NCBI GenBank assembly: GCA_050084515.1
Contig: CM114271.1
Coordinates: 19,530,001 to 19,594,000 of the forward strand
Reading direction: 5' to 3'
Origin: Blasia pusilla
Lineage: Eukaryota
DNA length: 64,000 nt
The notes beneath the pieces were generated by a model. The model was given only the letters and a program-made list of their open reading frames with translations, was not told where the DNA came from and did no database searches. Positions within the stretch are counted from its first letter, which is position 1. The number at the start of each line of letters is the position of its first letter. This document shows, piece by piece, positions 38,795-52,979 of this stretch. A program made the translations under genes and the position numbers.

Positions 38795-40784
38795 CATGGG
38801 TTCCTATCTCTCCTCGTCTCGTCCCCAGCCAATGTCTGTAGAGACCCTGTAGGTAATGGTCCAACTTGTGGACGTGACGGCATGGATGACACCCGCATCG
38901 GTCTCTACTCAGCCATACCTAGGCTGACTATCCATGTGAGACAGTTGAGGTCCACCACCTGCCCCAATACCTATCTCCGGGATGCCTCAGTCATCCTTGG
39001 CATGACCGTAGTACCGGTAGCGAACTCCATGGTACGCTTGCGCTCATCTGCTGTAGGCTCCTATGGACTTCCTGGGACGTCGTTCGAGCAGAGAGTGTGA
39101 AGGCGGCTAGAGTAGCACATGTTCATTTCTCGGATGTGGATATTTCTCATGTAAAAATAAAGAGTAGTAAAAACAACACACCCAGCCTAAAACTCCATTC
39201 CTCAATCTACATCGGCATATCGAGCCTCGTCCACCCTGTGCTATCAAGGAATCCGGACGCTAGCACCCTATTCCTATCTCACACACATACAAGAGAGGTG
39301 CTCCAACAGCCCAACATGAGAAAGATGGCTTAGGAAAGCCACCTTCCTCTCTTATATAGGGTTGAGAAGAGCCAAAAGGCTCTTCTCCTAAAAATAGCCC
39401 TCCCCTTGGTAACCTGCGCGTACAGGTTACCAAGTACGAGTGACCTGGTCAACAAGTCACCCGACTGTGAAAGACCTCGACATGAAAATTGTCAAAAACG
39501 ACGTTCTTGACACGATGGACCTATCCTCAGCCTTATCCGACACAGTGGGACAAAGTTACACTCAAGAAAGTCCGTTGGCTTGTACGCCCTATCCAGGATA
39601 GATCTCGGCCTATCGGCTACCCAGATGTAACATCCTCTATATGTGACATGTCAACCATTCTGCCGTCTAGGATTCCCCTTTGGTGTCTATTGACTCAATC
39701 ATGACCTCACCTTGTGGACATGAGACCATTATGTTCACTAAAGACTCGCTACTCACATTGGTCCAAGAATCCGTTATGATCGTGGCCCCCAAACGCAAAT
39801 TGTCCAATATGCCATCCACCGTTTCCTTCACCTTCCTCATATGTTTCTGAAGTAGGGTGGTGCGCAAGGAATTGTAACTAGGACCTAAGTAACCCTTCAC
39901 CTTTATTGTTGCCAACATTGCTTATTTGAAAGCGTCTTGCCGTACTACGTTGAATGGTATTCCACATTTGTAGAAACACTTGTCATTCGCAACTTCTATT
40001 CCTTTCATGTTGAAAGAATCCCTCAGATCAGCTTGCTTCTTCCCATAACTGCTACTCCCTCGGATGGGCCCACCGAGTGATAGTCTCGAGGAATGCATTC
40101 CTTGAGACTGTCACTCGGTGGCATGTCCGCAATCCCATCAACATTTTGTACAACATTAACATTAATTTCTATTTCTTGCGAACCTATTTGTAATGGAGTC
40201 GTCTCTTCCAATTCACTCGAAGGTCTCGCTTTCCTTCTTTGTCCATTTCCCACTAGTACCTTGTTTCGGAGATCTCGTTGCATGTTGGGAGGGACTTTCA
40301 CACATAATTTGGCATGATGGATATCCTGATTCCCATCCTTTATCTTTCGTCTCTCTTGTGTAAAACGCTCCATCATCTGCGTGCTATGATAGGTTTTCAT
40401 AGAATAGGAACAATACTTGCACTGCCATCTGCTTGATGTTCCACCTTCCATTTGTACTTCTTTCCAATGTTCCTTAACAATCTGTTGGAGTTCTCTGGCT
40501 TTGGTCATGACTACAGGCACTAACTAACCACAGCCAACAATATTTGGAAAATTCGTGATAATTTACAATGTCAATATTAATATACATCGATAAGTAAAAT
40601 GTATGCAATTTACACCAAATATTGTCCATGAATGCTCCAATAATAAAACTTGGAACACTCACTATGAGCAAGAAAGATCAATATGCTAACCGAGATAACC
40701 GAGATACCTTTAGTATCAGGGTTATCTAGTGGCAAAACATATTCTCACTTATCAAGTTCAGCTATTTATGGAGAAAAAAAAAGC

Positions 40785-40787
<3 letters not shown>

Positions 40788-40824
<37 letters not shown>
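40788..40824. repeat. (GA)n microsatellite
   Basis: Perfect dinucleotide run upstream of the hAT ORF. Confidence 0.95.
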
Positions 40825-40827
<3 letters not shown>

Positions 40828-41238
40828 AAGGAGGAATGAGATTGTGAAGATATACAAAAAATAAGCACGTTTATATAGGGGAGGATGGAAGGAAGAGAAT
40901 GAACCCTTCTAACTCCCCAAATCATCTACCCCCATTTACAATTGATTTCTAAACCATCTCCATAAATTTTCTTTAATAAACCTATTTTTATTCTCCTCTT
41001 AGATTCCTTCTTGACCTAATTTAAATTTCCAAGAGATCCATTTTGCAATACAACCATCGTATTCAAATCTATTTTAATATTTTCATTCATTTCTCCACCA
41101 CTAGGATCCAAATTCATCAATTACTCTAATTTCTAACTAACATATATTCTCCTACAACAACCCTATTCCAACCTCTCAAACCGTCAATCACCAAAACCAT
41201 AATAGTGACAAAATTTATTTAATACCTCACTCAAATCA

Positions 41239-42125
41239 CAGGGCCAGCCCACAACCCCTAGCCTGCATGGCCCGCAAGGAGCCCGCAATGCGGGCCATTT
41301 GTGGGCTCTAGGCCCGTGGGTAGGCTCAGCGGTCCGCCTGCGAGCCCACGCCCTAGCTTGCACGCGGGCTCCAAGGCCCGTGTAGAGCCTGCACTACGGG
41401 CGTTGGAGTCTGTGCGCGGGCTCCAGGGCCCACAACTAGCCCATGCTTGCAGGCTCCTAGGCCCGCAAGAAGCCCGTACCCTAGCCTACAATGAGCCCGC
41501 GACATAGCCCGTAGGTGGGCTCGAGGGATCGCAACAAGCTTGCAGGTGGGCTCAGAGGCCCGCATGCGAGCCCACGCTGTGCTCCTAGGCCTCCAATGAG
41601 CCCACACCCGGGCTCCAAGGCCCGCACACTAGCCCGCAAGCAGCCCGTACGCGGGCTTGATGGCCCGCATGCAAGCCCGCGCCCGGGCTCCCAGGCCCGC
41701 AAGCAAGCCGGGCTTCAGGGTCGATACCCTAGCCCGCAAGCAGCCCACACCGTAGCCCGCTTGTGGGCTCAAAGGCCTGCAAGTGGCCCGTAATCAGCCC
41801 AGACGCGGGCTTCAGGGCCCGCAACAAGCCCGCGGGCTCCAAGGCCCGCCCGGAAGCAGCTTGGACGCGGGCTTCAAGGCCCGCACCCTAGGTCGAATGC
41901 GAGCTCCAAGGCCCACGACCCTAGCCGCGTGCGGGCTTCAGGGCCCCCACCCTAGCCCACATGCAAGCGTTAAGGCCTCTACCCTAGCCTTAATGTCGCA
42001 CTCGCTTGCAGCCCACGTCGCGACTGAGGCCCGCACCCTTCATCAGAGCCCGCACCGGTGGCCAGCAAGTGGAGCCTGCACGATTGATTTGGGCGCCACA
42101 AAAACCCATGCTCACGCCCGTTTCC
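41239..42125. repeat. GC-rich array of GCCCGC/GCGGGC motifs, probably a hAT subterminal region
   Basis: Dozens of gcccgc, ggctccaaggcccgc and ccctagccc units in both orientations, upstream of the hAT transposase. Starts CAGGGCCAGCCC. Confidence 0.65.
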
Positions 42126-45100
42126 ATGCAACCTTGCTATTTTGACATCGAGAAATATAGATGTTGACGATATTCATGTAGACATCATGGCTTGGTTTCC
42201 GGGAGAGATAATACTTTCTTCTTGCATATATTGTCTGGAATAATTTTGGGATATGAGCATATTACTAAAGCATCATTTCCTCTCACTACTTATAAATATA
42301 TTTTGTATAGGAGCATATTTATCTGAGCATAGACTCCATTTCAAATGAGGGGATGAGTCATATATATCCCGCTGAATTTTTGAACATATGTTTGCCTTCT
42401 GGACTACCTCCACATCGTTTGTGTTTGACGATTGATGCATCAAACATGCTCTTACGGAACATGAATGGATCACAACGATAAGTAAATGAGACTAGGTTGG
42501 TAATTTTTGGACTCATCCAACATTCCATACATGCCAAAATTATCACATTGAAGAATATTCGAGATTGAGTTTTTATTTCGTGTATCCCATTGATTGCATC
42601 TAACTCCAATTTTATTTCACATTTATTTTTACCTGATTTCGACTCGTCATTTGATCTAATTAATTTTCAATTTCTTATTCATTTCACTTTTTCCATGATT
42701 ATTAATAAATATGAAATTAAAACTTTATAAAAAATAGAAATTTATTTGTCTAATCCCATAATTTGGCATGGTTGAAAATACGGAAGTAGACAAATACATT
42801 CCGACCCATATCTTATATTCTTAGCATCATCCAAGTAGAGGAGAGAAATTTCATCCACGAATAAAGATAAATAAAGAAGGTTACAAAGAATGTAATATAA
42901 AAATATTTATCTATATCTCTTCCACAATGGGCATCTTACTAATTATCCGAAACTAAATTTACAACTCTCTTTTGGAATGGGGAGCCATCCGGTGGAGATT
43001 TTGTTTTATGGGGTTAAGTAAGTACGTTTTCGAAGGTGGGCGTTTTGATTCCAATTATGATCTCATTATGGAATCTTGTTGCAGCGGATTGGAAGGAGGA
43101 GAGGGAGTCTTGAAGATCATTAAGATGAGTTGTCAAAAAAGCGTGCGCATGACTTGAGATTCTCAATTTTTGACGTCACTTTGACTGTAAGCGCGATTAG
43201 CGCCGAGCGTGTTAGGCAGGTTTCTCTAATCAGGACATTGGTCGAGGAGATCCCTCGTTACCTCATTATTCATGAAGCAGGTGATCGGGTTTCAGTCGTT
43301 CAGAGCTTTGTCTCTGCGCATCAGGACGATTCAGTTGCAGGCGACTTAGGTCTGTCTATCAACGAGCGGATTGGCTTAGAGGCTCCGGCGACTGAGCAGT
43401 CAAAGTGCTTGTCGAGATGGTGTCAAGGACTCCTGAGCGCGGCGGTTGTACAAGACTGGAGAGGTTGTTAGTTGAAGCGTGCAGCGGAAATCTCAGGTTG
43501 AGCGGCGCGCACGCCTCAGCGATCGCGTCCCGTCCCTACAACTGCCGTGTCGCCGACTCATAGCAGCCGTTCGTCGGGGGCTGGGAGGATTTTCGATTCG
43601 TCGCTTTCTCACGTTTGCCAGAAGTAGCGTGCGCTGGTATTCTGTCCTCGTCCTCTTTCTATGTGCGCCGACGAGCATCTTCCATGATACAGGTAACCAA
43701 TACATACGAGGATCTCATCTCTCGTTCCTTCCTTTCTTCGGGGCTCTCGTTTTTAGGTTTTCTCTTGCTCGAGAGAAAGGGGCAATTTCACCATGGTAGC
43801 CGGTTTTTTTATTTATTTACAAAGAAAACGGCGAAATTTTTTTAGGTTTACCGGTCACTCGCTCGCAGCTTTTTAAAGTCTGCTGGTAGCGGATCTTCCC
43901 CACTTCATCCCTGCCGATACTCTCGAAATTCAACCGGTCGAGAATGTTGTTCTTGAAGCTGCGGAGCCCTACGGAGTTTCGGTGGAGTATGGGTGAGAGG
44001 GTCAAAATTCAGACATCTCATTACTTGGGAGTCGGGAGTTGGGCTGGGGAATACTGGAAGTCGTACAATCTCGTCTTGATAATCATGACAGGTGCAAGTC
44101 GTGTCCATGACTCATGAGATGATCCCCGACTGCGGGTTATCATTCGGTCGTTCCCAGTCCACGCCTCGAGGACCGATGCAAGGTTTAGAGGTGTAAATTT
44201 GTGATCTGACTTCTCCGTAATGTGTCGAAGACTACCGTCTCTCACGAGTATCTTGTGTCAGATTTTAGCTGAAGTAAATCAATTCTCGTTCATGAGCGAA
44301 TTCACTTCCGTGGTATTATTTTTAGCAAGCGCGTGGGCGTAAATGAGGGTTTCTGGAAACTTTTCAACTTACCTACTCGAGAATTCCGCAGTCGGTATGT
44401 ATGGTTCGCAATACAGTGCACAATTTTAGAGCAGCGAGAAATAACTCCCGTTGTGGACCACTCGATTGTGTCAGCTGACAAGAGAGATCACAGGGAGTGA
44501 ATTGGGAATCAGTCCCAAGCAAAGTCCCTTCTAAACGCTCGCATCAACATCGCTGAACACCTAGGCTGGAGGCTGGATCATATTTGAGGAATTCCAGTCC
44601 ATTCTTGCGCAGCCGTACTCCCTTACTCCAGTGTCTCTGATTGGAGATTCACCTGTATGGAAATTGAGGTTTGGAAGTAGCCACTAGGATGTACTACGCG
44701 AGCTTGCACTTTTAATTACGATATCGACCGCTTTGGAAACTAGAGCGTATGTTCCATCCTATTTAAGAACGACAGCCGAGACTTGAGTGGCAATACAGTT
44801 TCTGTTCCCCTGCCCTTCCGCTCTCTTTTTTCCAAATCAGTTGAGTTCAGATGAGTCCACGTGCAGACTATCGATCAATAGTTTGGAACACTAGCGATGC
44901 ACTTGTTCCTGCTCCGACGAAAGAACGGAATGATTGGGACTGGAAATTCCGGGATAGGAGACAGCTGACAACGGGAAAAAAACTTTGCGTTTATGCGAAC
45001 TTTTGCTTCTTTTATGAGTATCCTTAAAATTTCTTCTGGGAAAGTTACTTTACTTTAAATTTGCTTTACGTGATTTGCACGCTGTGACCTTTTGTAACGG

Positions 45101-45965
45101 GCAGAAACGTGCTTATTCAGTTTACGCATCTAAATCGCAGGTCCGAGTCAATTAATCGGATCTTTCGCGACTGATTGTGCAAACTGCGAAGAAACCGACC
45201 ACTGAGATCCATTAACCGAATTCCATGATGAGGATGGTTGTGATTACCTACCACATATGGGCGGCTTTTCGCCTCACAACAACCGAGACTAAATGAGCAA
45301 TTGAGGATTTGTGTCAGTGGAATGCCCGTGCATCGCACGGAAAATAAAAAAAGTGTTACAAAAGTTATCTGGTGAGGAATTAATGGGTTTAAGGCTGCTG
45401 AATTGATTATATTTATTCATTTTAATGTGAATAAATAATATCATGTGAAACATTTTCTTGCTTCCGAAACGAAACCAAGCATCGATGTCGGATAGCTAAG
45501 TCGTCATCCCCGTTCATTGCTGGGACATTCAGGATGTGACGAAGTCTCCCTTCGAAATCCAACTGTGAAACGATTTTTGCAGGAAAATATATATTACATC
45601 TGTGGGTGACTCCAATTTCTCCAGTTCTTCGATAATGACAGGTGAAATTACGCTAGCTATGATCAGGAGCAAACCTCAAACATGTGGACTACCTCGATAT
45701 CAATCTGGATCTAATCTATATCTGTCTGGACGAGATCTACTTGTGTAAATCTCATTTGTGCCTGTGTAGGTGACTGATCCATTCCCGATGATGAAGATCT
45801 GGAGTCAAGATTTGCTACACCGCCTACAGAGACTGACGAATATCGCCTGTACACGCGCATAATCGCGGTGAACAATCGTCGGTCGAAGAGACTCTTCCCG
45901 CTGTCTTCCGACTATTTACAGACTTGCGAGTGAGTGCACCTGTGAGCTCGATCGAGACAGCCACT

Positions 45966-48023
45966 TCAAAACTGGCTGCCCTCGAAAGTCTGGCCGAACT
46001 GCCAGCTCGCTGGAGCAATGTCGTACGATGTTAGGCATTGACCACTCCCCAGGGTGATCTGAAATGACAGGAATTGACCGCACAAGTCCGCGTTGCTCTG
46101 CCAGTTCTGGCCCCAGTTCCTCTGCATAACTTGCCAGCCACCACTGGGGCCCTTGACAGAAACTCCAACAACGTCTCCCCCACTTCCGACGTTGGTGACC
46201 AACACGAGATTGAAGAATCTGTGGCCTTTGATCGTGAAGTGCACCCCTCCGCTTTTCGCACAAGGCACCCTGCAGCAGACATCCGTCCCCGAACCCAGAT
46301 TATCATCATCATCACCATCTCTCTCTCTCTCTCTCCCTCTCTCTCTCCCTCTGTATGAACGAAAAGTTCGATTTACCACAGAGAAGAACAACGACAGTAT
46401 CGAGATGGAGGTTTAGACAGCATGAAACGAACACTGATGTGTGGGAGGGAGTGCCGGGAATATGATGTGCACTCGTAAAGGGGAAAAATTGAAGACAGTA
46501 ACGTGAGAGGGAGAAGGGAAGCCCTTTCATAGAGACGGAGCGCTTTTCCATGGAGTGTGAGTGATGAACTTGACGATGGTACGTCCAAGATCCACCACCT
46601 GAGCACATTGGCAGGGGGATCTAGGCTCATAAAATTGAAGAGTGGTGCGTGAAATAACTAAGCGTTTTTTGTTCGACGTCATGACGTCGGAAATGCGTAA
46701 ATCATCTCATGCGCTTCATTTTCCTGTCGCCATTCCACATGGGAACAATTGATCTCGAAGGGCTATGAGAGACAAAGCGATCGCATTCGACTAACTAACG
46801 AATACAACGTCCAGCTTTCGAGTTTCTAGGCTTGGACTTCCCGAGAGGCTTGAATTCGTACAAACAATATTAAACTGGCGGCTGGTACCACGGCCAATGT
46901 CAGCAGCAGATTGACCTCCAGCCTTTCGAAAGCCAGCTACCTACACAATGTGCTGCCATCTCACGCCGGGGTTAGATGGCGAGAGGAGGCCTCTATGGAG
47001 AATGATTTCAGTTAGACATTTCACGGTCCTGTAGGTACTGTCTACAGACCGACTATGAGCTGAGGACACGAGATTCACGAGACGCGTTCAGTGGAGCAGA
47101 CCATGTGTTTCTTGGAGATATCGCTAGGGTTGTATTGAAGACTATCAACGATGACGAAAGGCCAATGCGGTTCAATTGATTCATTCTAAGCTAGGAATCG
47201 TCGAATTGGTTGGAGAGGTATCATACCTCTGGTACTGTATCGGAACGATGCCAGCACTGTACACGGCGATTTTCTGGTAGGCAGGTTGTGACAGATCGAA
47301 GTGCTCACGAGGCATATTGCACCACCCGCCATTGTCGCTGGGGAGGCCAGGATTCTGAGGGCACAAATTGGTGCCAGTGACGATGATACTCGGATTCCCA
47401 GGGAGGCAGTTAGAGCCTCCATCGCACTTGATCTCGAAACATGCCCGCACTTCAAACCTTCATCGAACAGGGCTGCGCTCAGCGCTGCGGTGTTGGTCCC
47501 GTACCCCGTGCTCATGAGATCTCCAAATCCACACGCTCCGCCTGCAGAATACATCGCCGTTGCACGATCAGATACATTCATCATGACCACTTACAATGCT
47601 GATGAGTGCAGGAGGTGTCTAGATTCAAGACGAGTAGACTTCCGTCGGAGGGAGGAAGGACAAGTGTTGGCAGTCGGTTCTTTGTGCGGACATGCTCAAT
47701 GTGAGATAGCAGAATGTTGAATGACAGGAAGTCCACATCAGATACTTTCTACCCAGACGTGGATTTCTGAAGTTACTTTGTCTGCGCAGCTGACGCAGGA
47801 AAGGAAGGGAAATTCTATGGCTAGAACGTAGTCAGATGAGACGTCCGACTACCAACACAGGGACTCATAGCGTACGACTCTTACCCATTGTTCCTGAAGC
47901 ATCACTCCCCCCGTAGAAGGTTGCATGAGCTGAAGTCCAGCCCATGACAGGACCCAGAAGCATCATTTGCATGAGCAGTTGACAACCCAAAATCGCCGCC
48001 ACTTCCTTGCAGAGAGGCCCCAT
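45966..48023 (-). CDS. EXPA: Alpha-expansin (EXPA), 3 exons, apparent 1-nt frameshift in exon 2
   Basis: Exons 47885-48023, 47227-47541 and 45966-46269 with GT-AG introns. Signal-peptide-like N-terminus, [41 protein letters not shown] and WQFGQTF. Exon 2 is one base short at 47444-47446. Confidence 0.93.
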
Positions 48024-51000
48024 TTCCTTGGCCTGGCCGGGAGAGCTGCGGAGTTATGGCTCGGTAGTGAAGCCCCTCGGGAACAAGCGTGGAAGGGAGC
48101 GTGGACCTCGAAGCTTCGCGAGCAGAGAACGTTGTACGCTACCCTCCTAGATCGGGATGTCCTTCAGACTACATACCGTCGTCAGCTTCTGCTGCTTCGA
48201 AATACTCAGACTCTATCTACTTCAATCCGAATTGTCCACCTTTACCGTCAGCGCATGCTTAAAGCATTGCGGAGAGTGTGGAAAGATCAGCAGCAGCGAA
48301 GATCACGCCTCTGCGCGAGAAGAAAAGAATCTGTAAGCTTCAGGGGCCTCGATTTACGGGGCTTGCTGGATTGGCCTGAAATCGAAGTGGACCTGCGGTT
48401 TCAGCTGAGCGACATCCGGGAAAATGTCAGGAGAGTTTGCGGAATTCTTCTGCTGTTGGGAGTCCCAGGAGAGGATCGAATTCCCGGAGCGAGCAGCTGA
48501 GTCCCGGCATCAGTCAGCTAGGCAGGCAGGCAAGGCAGTCAAAGCGAATCCCGCAGCCCCAGCTCTCCCACACTCACGGAGGGTGCGGCCTGACGCAGGG
48601 CTAACCTAAGACTTCGATTGGAACTTCGAGCTCCACTCGAAGTCCGGTTGGCGCAGAGGCGATGAGAGAGGTCTGCGTGAGAACGTGTAACCGGAGGTCA
48701 AAGCCGAGGGAGCACAATGTCGAGAGAGTAGAACGATTATTTATGAACTCCTCCGGCTCAGATGCGGACAAGATTGCGATGGGACAAAACCCTGGGAACA
48801 TGAGCTCGGGGGGCAGAGGAGCAGATCACTGCGAGCCGATGGCTCGCACTAGCGGCGCTCGCCCAGAGAAAACCTGCTTCAATGGGGTTGATGCCGCAGA
48901 GTTGCGCCGATGACGACGAAGCGTAGCTCTCTCCCCGTCCGACTCCTGGACTCTAGAGAGCTCCGATCCCCTTGTCTCTTTCAGCGCGCCGAGATCCTCC
49001 AGATCTGTCTGCGTACGTATATACTCTCGACACCTCTTAATGGCAGCAACAATCGGATCCCCGCTCCCCATCGCTCATCTCCGCAGCACTCCAAGTCGAG
49101 CTAGTCTCCAACTGCCCGAGTACGGTCCTCGACCGCCTCGCTCCTCGCCAGATTCTTACCGAGCGTATCTGAGTACGCATCCATCGATACTGTACAAACT
49201 ATTCCGTCTGGCTCTTGCTGCGATCCGCCTCCGGTCGTAGCCTCACTCCTCCGGACGCGTCTGCGGGTCAGGAAGTAGTAAGTAAGAGTGAGAGTACGTC
49301 TATCCGATTCGCAACGACGAGCACTCGTACTCTCGTGCCACGAGTCCCCTGCGGATCCTCGAATTCCATGCTCTTGTGGCTCCATCTCCCGGAGGAGCTC
49401 ACATGATTCGTCCACTGAATTTCATTCCCCTTCCTTCCAGCGCTGCCGCGGGTCTTTAGCCTCCGCCGCTTGGACGTAGGTAAATACCGCGAAGTGCATT
49501 CGTCTGACAGTGTGGTATTATTCGATTGGGCGATAATATGATGCTGCAACCGAGTCCACCGGTTCCGTGGGTCTAAAGGAGGAGGTATTATGATGAATAA
49601 TATGATCCTGTAATCGAAGCTCCTCTAGCCCCATGGAACTGGTGGACTCGACGCACGCAAACTTTAAGAGGTGTGGACATTGCTCAATTGGGCTCTGCAT
49701 TTTCTTCGAGTGCATCCATCAATTGCGGCTCTCTTTGAGGGTTGTCGTTGGTTTATGCCTCACTCTCTCTGCAGCTCGACCCTAACCTAACGCAAAGAGT
49801 CGGTGTTAGAGTTGTTGAGCTTGCCCACTCGGCTCTCCCCTTTCTTCATGGGATCGTCGATCCTTCATAGCTCCTAGTTCCTCGTAGAATCTTGTGACGA
49901 ATGGATGAATGGACTTCATCCCAAACCCAACCCCACAATCGGAGTTGTTGGAGCTTGGACTCTTGCATGGCTTTCTAGAAACATGGCCGCTCTAAAGCTC
50001 ACCCCGACCCAAGCCAACGTTGAGATTTCCCGGCCACTAAACTTGAGTGCATCAAGTGTCCTTCAGGCGGCTTCTTCCTCCACACGCCTCAATCGTAAGC
50101 TCGACTCTATCGAAAGCTACCTTCCCCAGTCCGCCCATAGGGAAGCTCACCACCGCGCTTTTCTCCATCTTCAAGAATTCTATACAGCCCCCTTTCACTT
50201 CCCTTTTCTTCGCCCCTCCGCCTTTCGGTGGCATGTGCTTGAGCCCATCCATCCATCCACGCAGTCCCTCACTCACGCAGCTCGAGCTTACACTCGGGCC
50301 GCGAGCTAGAATCCTCACGAGTGGGTAAGCTCGACTCGACTCGACTCCAAGCAGGCAGTTGCCAGGCAGCCATGGGAGAACGTGCACCTTGAAATGCCGC
50401 TTTGTTGCTCCCCGTGTACAACGTCTGTGGCAGCAAATCTGAAACGAAACGAAAAAGAGACGAAAAGCCACCACCACCACAAAAGCGATCGGCATCAGCA
50501 GCAACGCTTGGATCTGCCGAATCTTGAGAGCGGATGCAGCGAAACCACCACCCGCCCGTCTCCTGCCGCAGGCACTTGCCTCTGCGGGCCTAGTAGGAAC
50601 GAATAGCACCGCCATCATCAGCATCCTCATCCTCCTCCGCCTCCTCAATTCCCTTCCGAACGCATTGCGACTGCACCGTATTCCGCGCGTACTGTGTACA
50701 GTGAAGTCGTTACGGTCGTATCGCCGATCGAACCTCCTCCGCACACCCCAAAGCGACTATTTACGGCGTCTACCATGCTTCGTTTTGCCTCTCGCCAATT
50801 CATGCGATTCGTGTGATTTTAACAACTCTATTCATTCTTGTCATTAATGATATTCATTACTTTTAAACCTCCTACTAATTCTTCCCTTCCTTGATATTCC
50901 TTGATGGTGGGCAATTTTTTCTCTCTTCCCCTCCCTCGTATTCTCTCGCACAACTTCCCTCCCTCCCCTAAACTTCTCTCCTAGTTTGTATACAAATTTG

Positions 51001-51599
51001 TACAAATGGTTTGTATTTCTTCTTCTACCTCGTATTCTCTTCTAGTTTGTATATTGGTATTTCTATTTCCATCCAGACATTTTCCGATTTGGTGATACTT
51101 GTATACAAATTTGTATATTTTTTATACAAACTTGTTTATATATATCTTTTTTTTCTCTCTCTTCCCGTTCATATGTGGCATTTTGATATGTGTTTTTTTT
51201 TTCTTCTTCTAAGGTTGATTAAGTTAGGGGTAGATTTGGGATGAGGACTAGCTATCGATGGATAATCTAAGTTATCCATCATCAACCTCCCACCATATGC
51301 ATAAATCATGAAATATATGAGAGTTTTCAACCATAAGAAACAAACTTACATGTACCTTAGTATGGGGTAATATTTTTAAGAAATGAAGTAGAAAAGGCTT
51401 CACACATGGCATGAAAAGACAAGTTGTCAAGATGGAAGCTAAGATAATCATAAATTTATGATTTATTTCAAGTTATAAATTTATATTATAATGAGAAAAT
51501 AGTTTTTATTTGTACAAATTCTCAAAATCATGTGTTATCGTGATATTAAAATACTAGAGTACCATTCATAGTTATGGTGCCATCTTTTTTTCCTTAATT

Positions 51600-52030
51600 C
51601 CCATGTTAAGAAAACATTTTCTTGTTGCTCCAATACCATATGTAAAACAAAGAGACTCTCACAAATCAAGAAACCATCCTCCCAAAGTGAGGTATGTGAG
51701 CAATTTTGAACATAGGCAACTCAAAGCAACCTGGCTCTCCAACATCCCACCATCCATGGCTCCCTTGCGCCCCTCATCCCTTGCAAGTACCACTAGAACT
51801 ATGTAGAGATATTGCCAAGATCTTGAAAGCAAAGTTGGAAATATTTTAGGTATTCCAATATTTCAAGAATTTGGTTGAGAATCAATCTACGCATTATATT
51901 TTCAAATTTCGATAAGATGGAGGATGCGAGCTTATCTCTAGTGAGTTTGATGCCTTCTTACAATAACATGACATGAAAAGGAAAATTACAGACATTGATA
52001 CTCCCGACACAATGGAGTAGCAAAATAAGA
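51600..52030 (+). mobile_element. Ty1/Copia integrase remnant
   Basis: LVENQS...FR*DGGCELISSEFDAFL...DTP..NGVA matches the Copia integrase core. Confidence 0.7.
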
Positions 52031-52979
52031 ATGTACACATAATAAAAATAAAAATATATAGTTATACTACTAGAACTAGAATTTTGTGAGTTCTTACAGT
52101 TGCAAAATACTCATAGATTACTTGAAAATTTGTGAGTGGGACTCTCATGACACACTTGGAAAATAGTACTTTTCACTCATAATTTTTGATTCAATGCAAG
52201 TTAAAAGTGTCTATTTCTTAGACTTATTGAAGACTCGTGGACCACTTGTAAAGTGCCACGATTGTAAATTTGCGAGTATATCTTGAGTCACTTGCAACTA
52301 GTTTGTGGCTTCTAATATTTGCTAAAGTGTACTCAAGTGTTAGTGCCTAAACTACTAGTGTGTAGTCGCAAAGGACTTGAAAAGTACTCTCAAATAAAAT
52401 TTTTAATTAATATTCAAGAAAATTCAAATTACAAATGAGTGGAAAAGATAATTCAAAATATTATCTCATTTAAAATTGAAATCAAAAGTCAGATGACATC
52501 TTATGTATCCAAAATAATGGTATGCAAAATTTCAAGTTCATATAGAACTAAGAACTTGTTGCATGTGGTTGGTATGAACCTTGCTTATCACACAATCCTC
52601 TAGATGGATTACACTCCTATAGGAGCAGATGGCTCCATGACTCTTACAAGTAGTCGAGTAGACGTTATATCTACTATAACCTAAGAATGACTTGCGCCAC
52701 TCGATTCGACCATGTGAATTATATCATTACGTGCGGATCAGTCGGGTGGATAAGCTCGGTCCATCCTCCTAGCTTGGAGTCCCTATGACTATGCTCTAGG
52801 GTCTCTAACCATGCACCACCTCATATCTCTTTATTAATCTCAAGGTTCACACAAGCCTTATCATCTCCCTTCTCATAACTTTGCAATGTGGAAGTGCTAC
52901 ATGATTCCCATCGGCAATATGTCCTAGTCTTGATGCAACATCCATATGGATAATTCATTTGGTGTGCCACCAAGCAACT

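Larger units (their letters stand above)
34894..39632 (-). mobile_element. Gypsy-type retroelement, copy 2 (internally deleted: gag, PR and most of DNMT lost), no LTR pair, 4-bp TSD TCAT/TCCT
   Basis: Same left end (TGTCGTGCGCAGACA) and right end (...CAGATGTAACA) as copy 1. DNMT motifs IX-X remain at about 38900-39065, followed by RT, RNase H (LHTDWS), integrase (WSLDFAG, TDQGTEF, GLAER) and an intact PHD. Confidence 0.92.
34250..40520 (-). mobile_element. Decayed hAT transposase (BED finger plus DUF659-type core), split by element 34894-39632
   Basis: WQCKYC BED finger, GIPFNVV, GPSYNSLRTTLL, TIITDSWTN, QLVTDNANN, CVSH and TRFTTNFIML motifs. The reading frame is continuous across the insertion. 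Confidence 0.88.

Noticed and set aside
41301-42145. Pro/Ala/Arg-rich ORFs on both strands
   Set aside because: Artefacts of a GC-rich repeat array.
50052-50744. 230-aa minus ORF and overlapping ORFs at 47967-50850
   Set aside because: Low-complexity, GC-rich sequence open in several frames with no recognisable domain. Likely upstream or UTR sequence.
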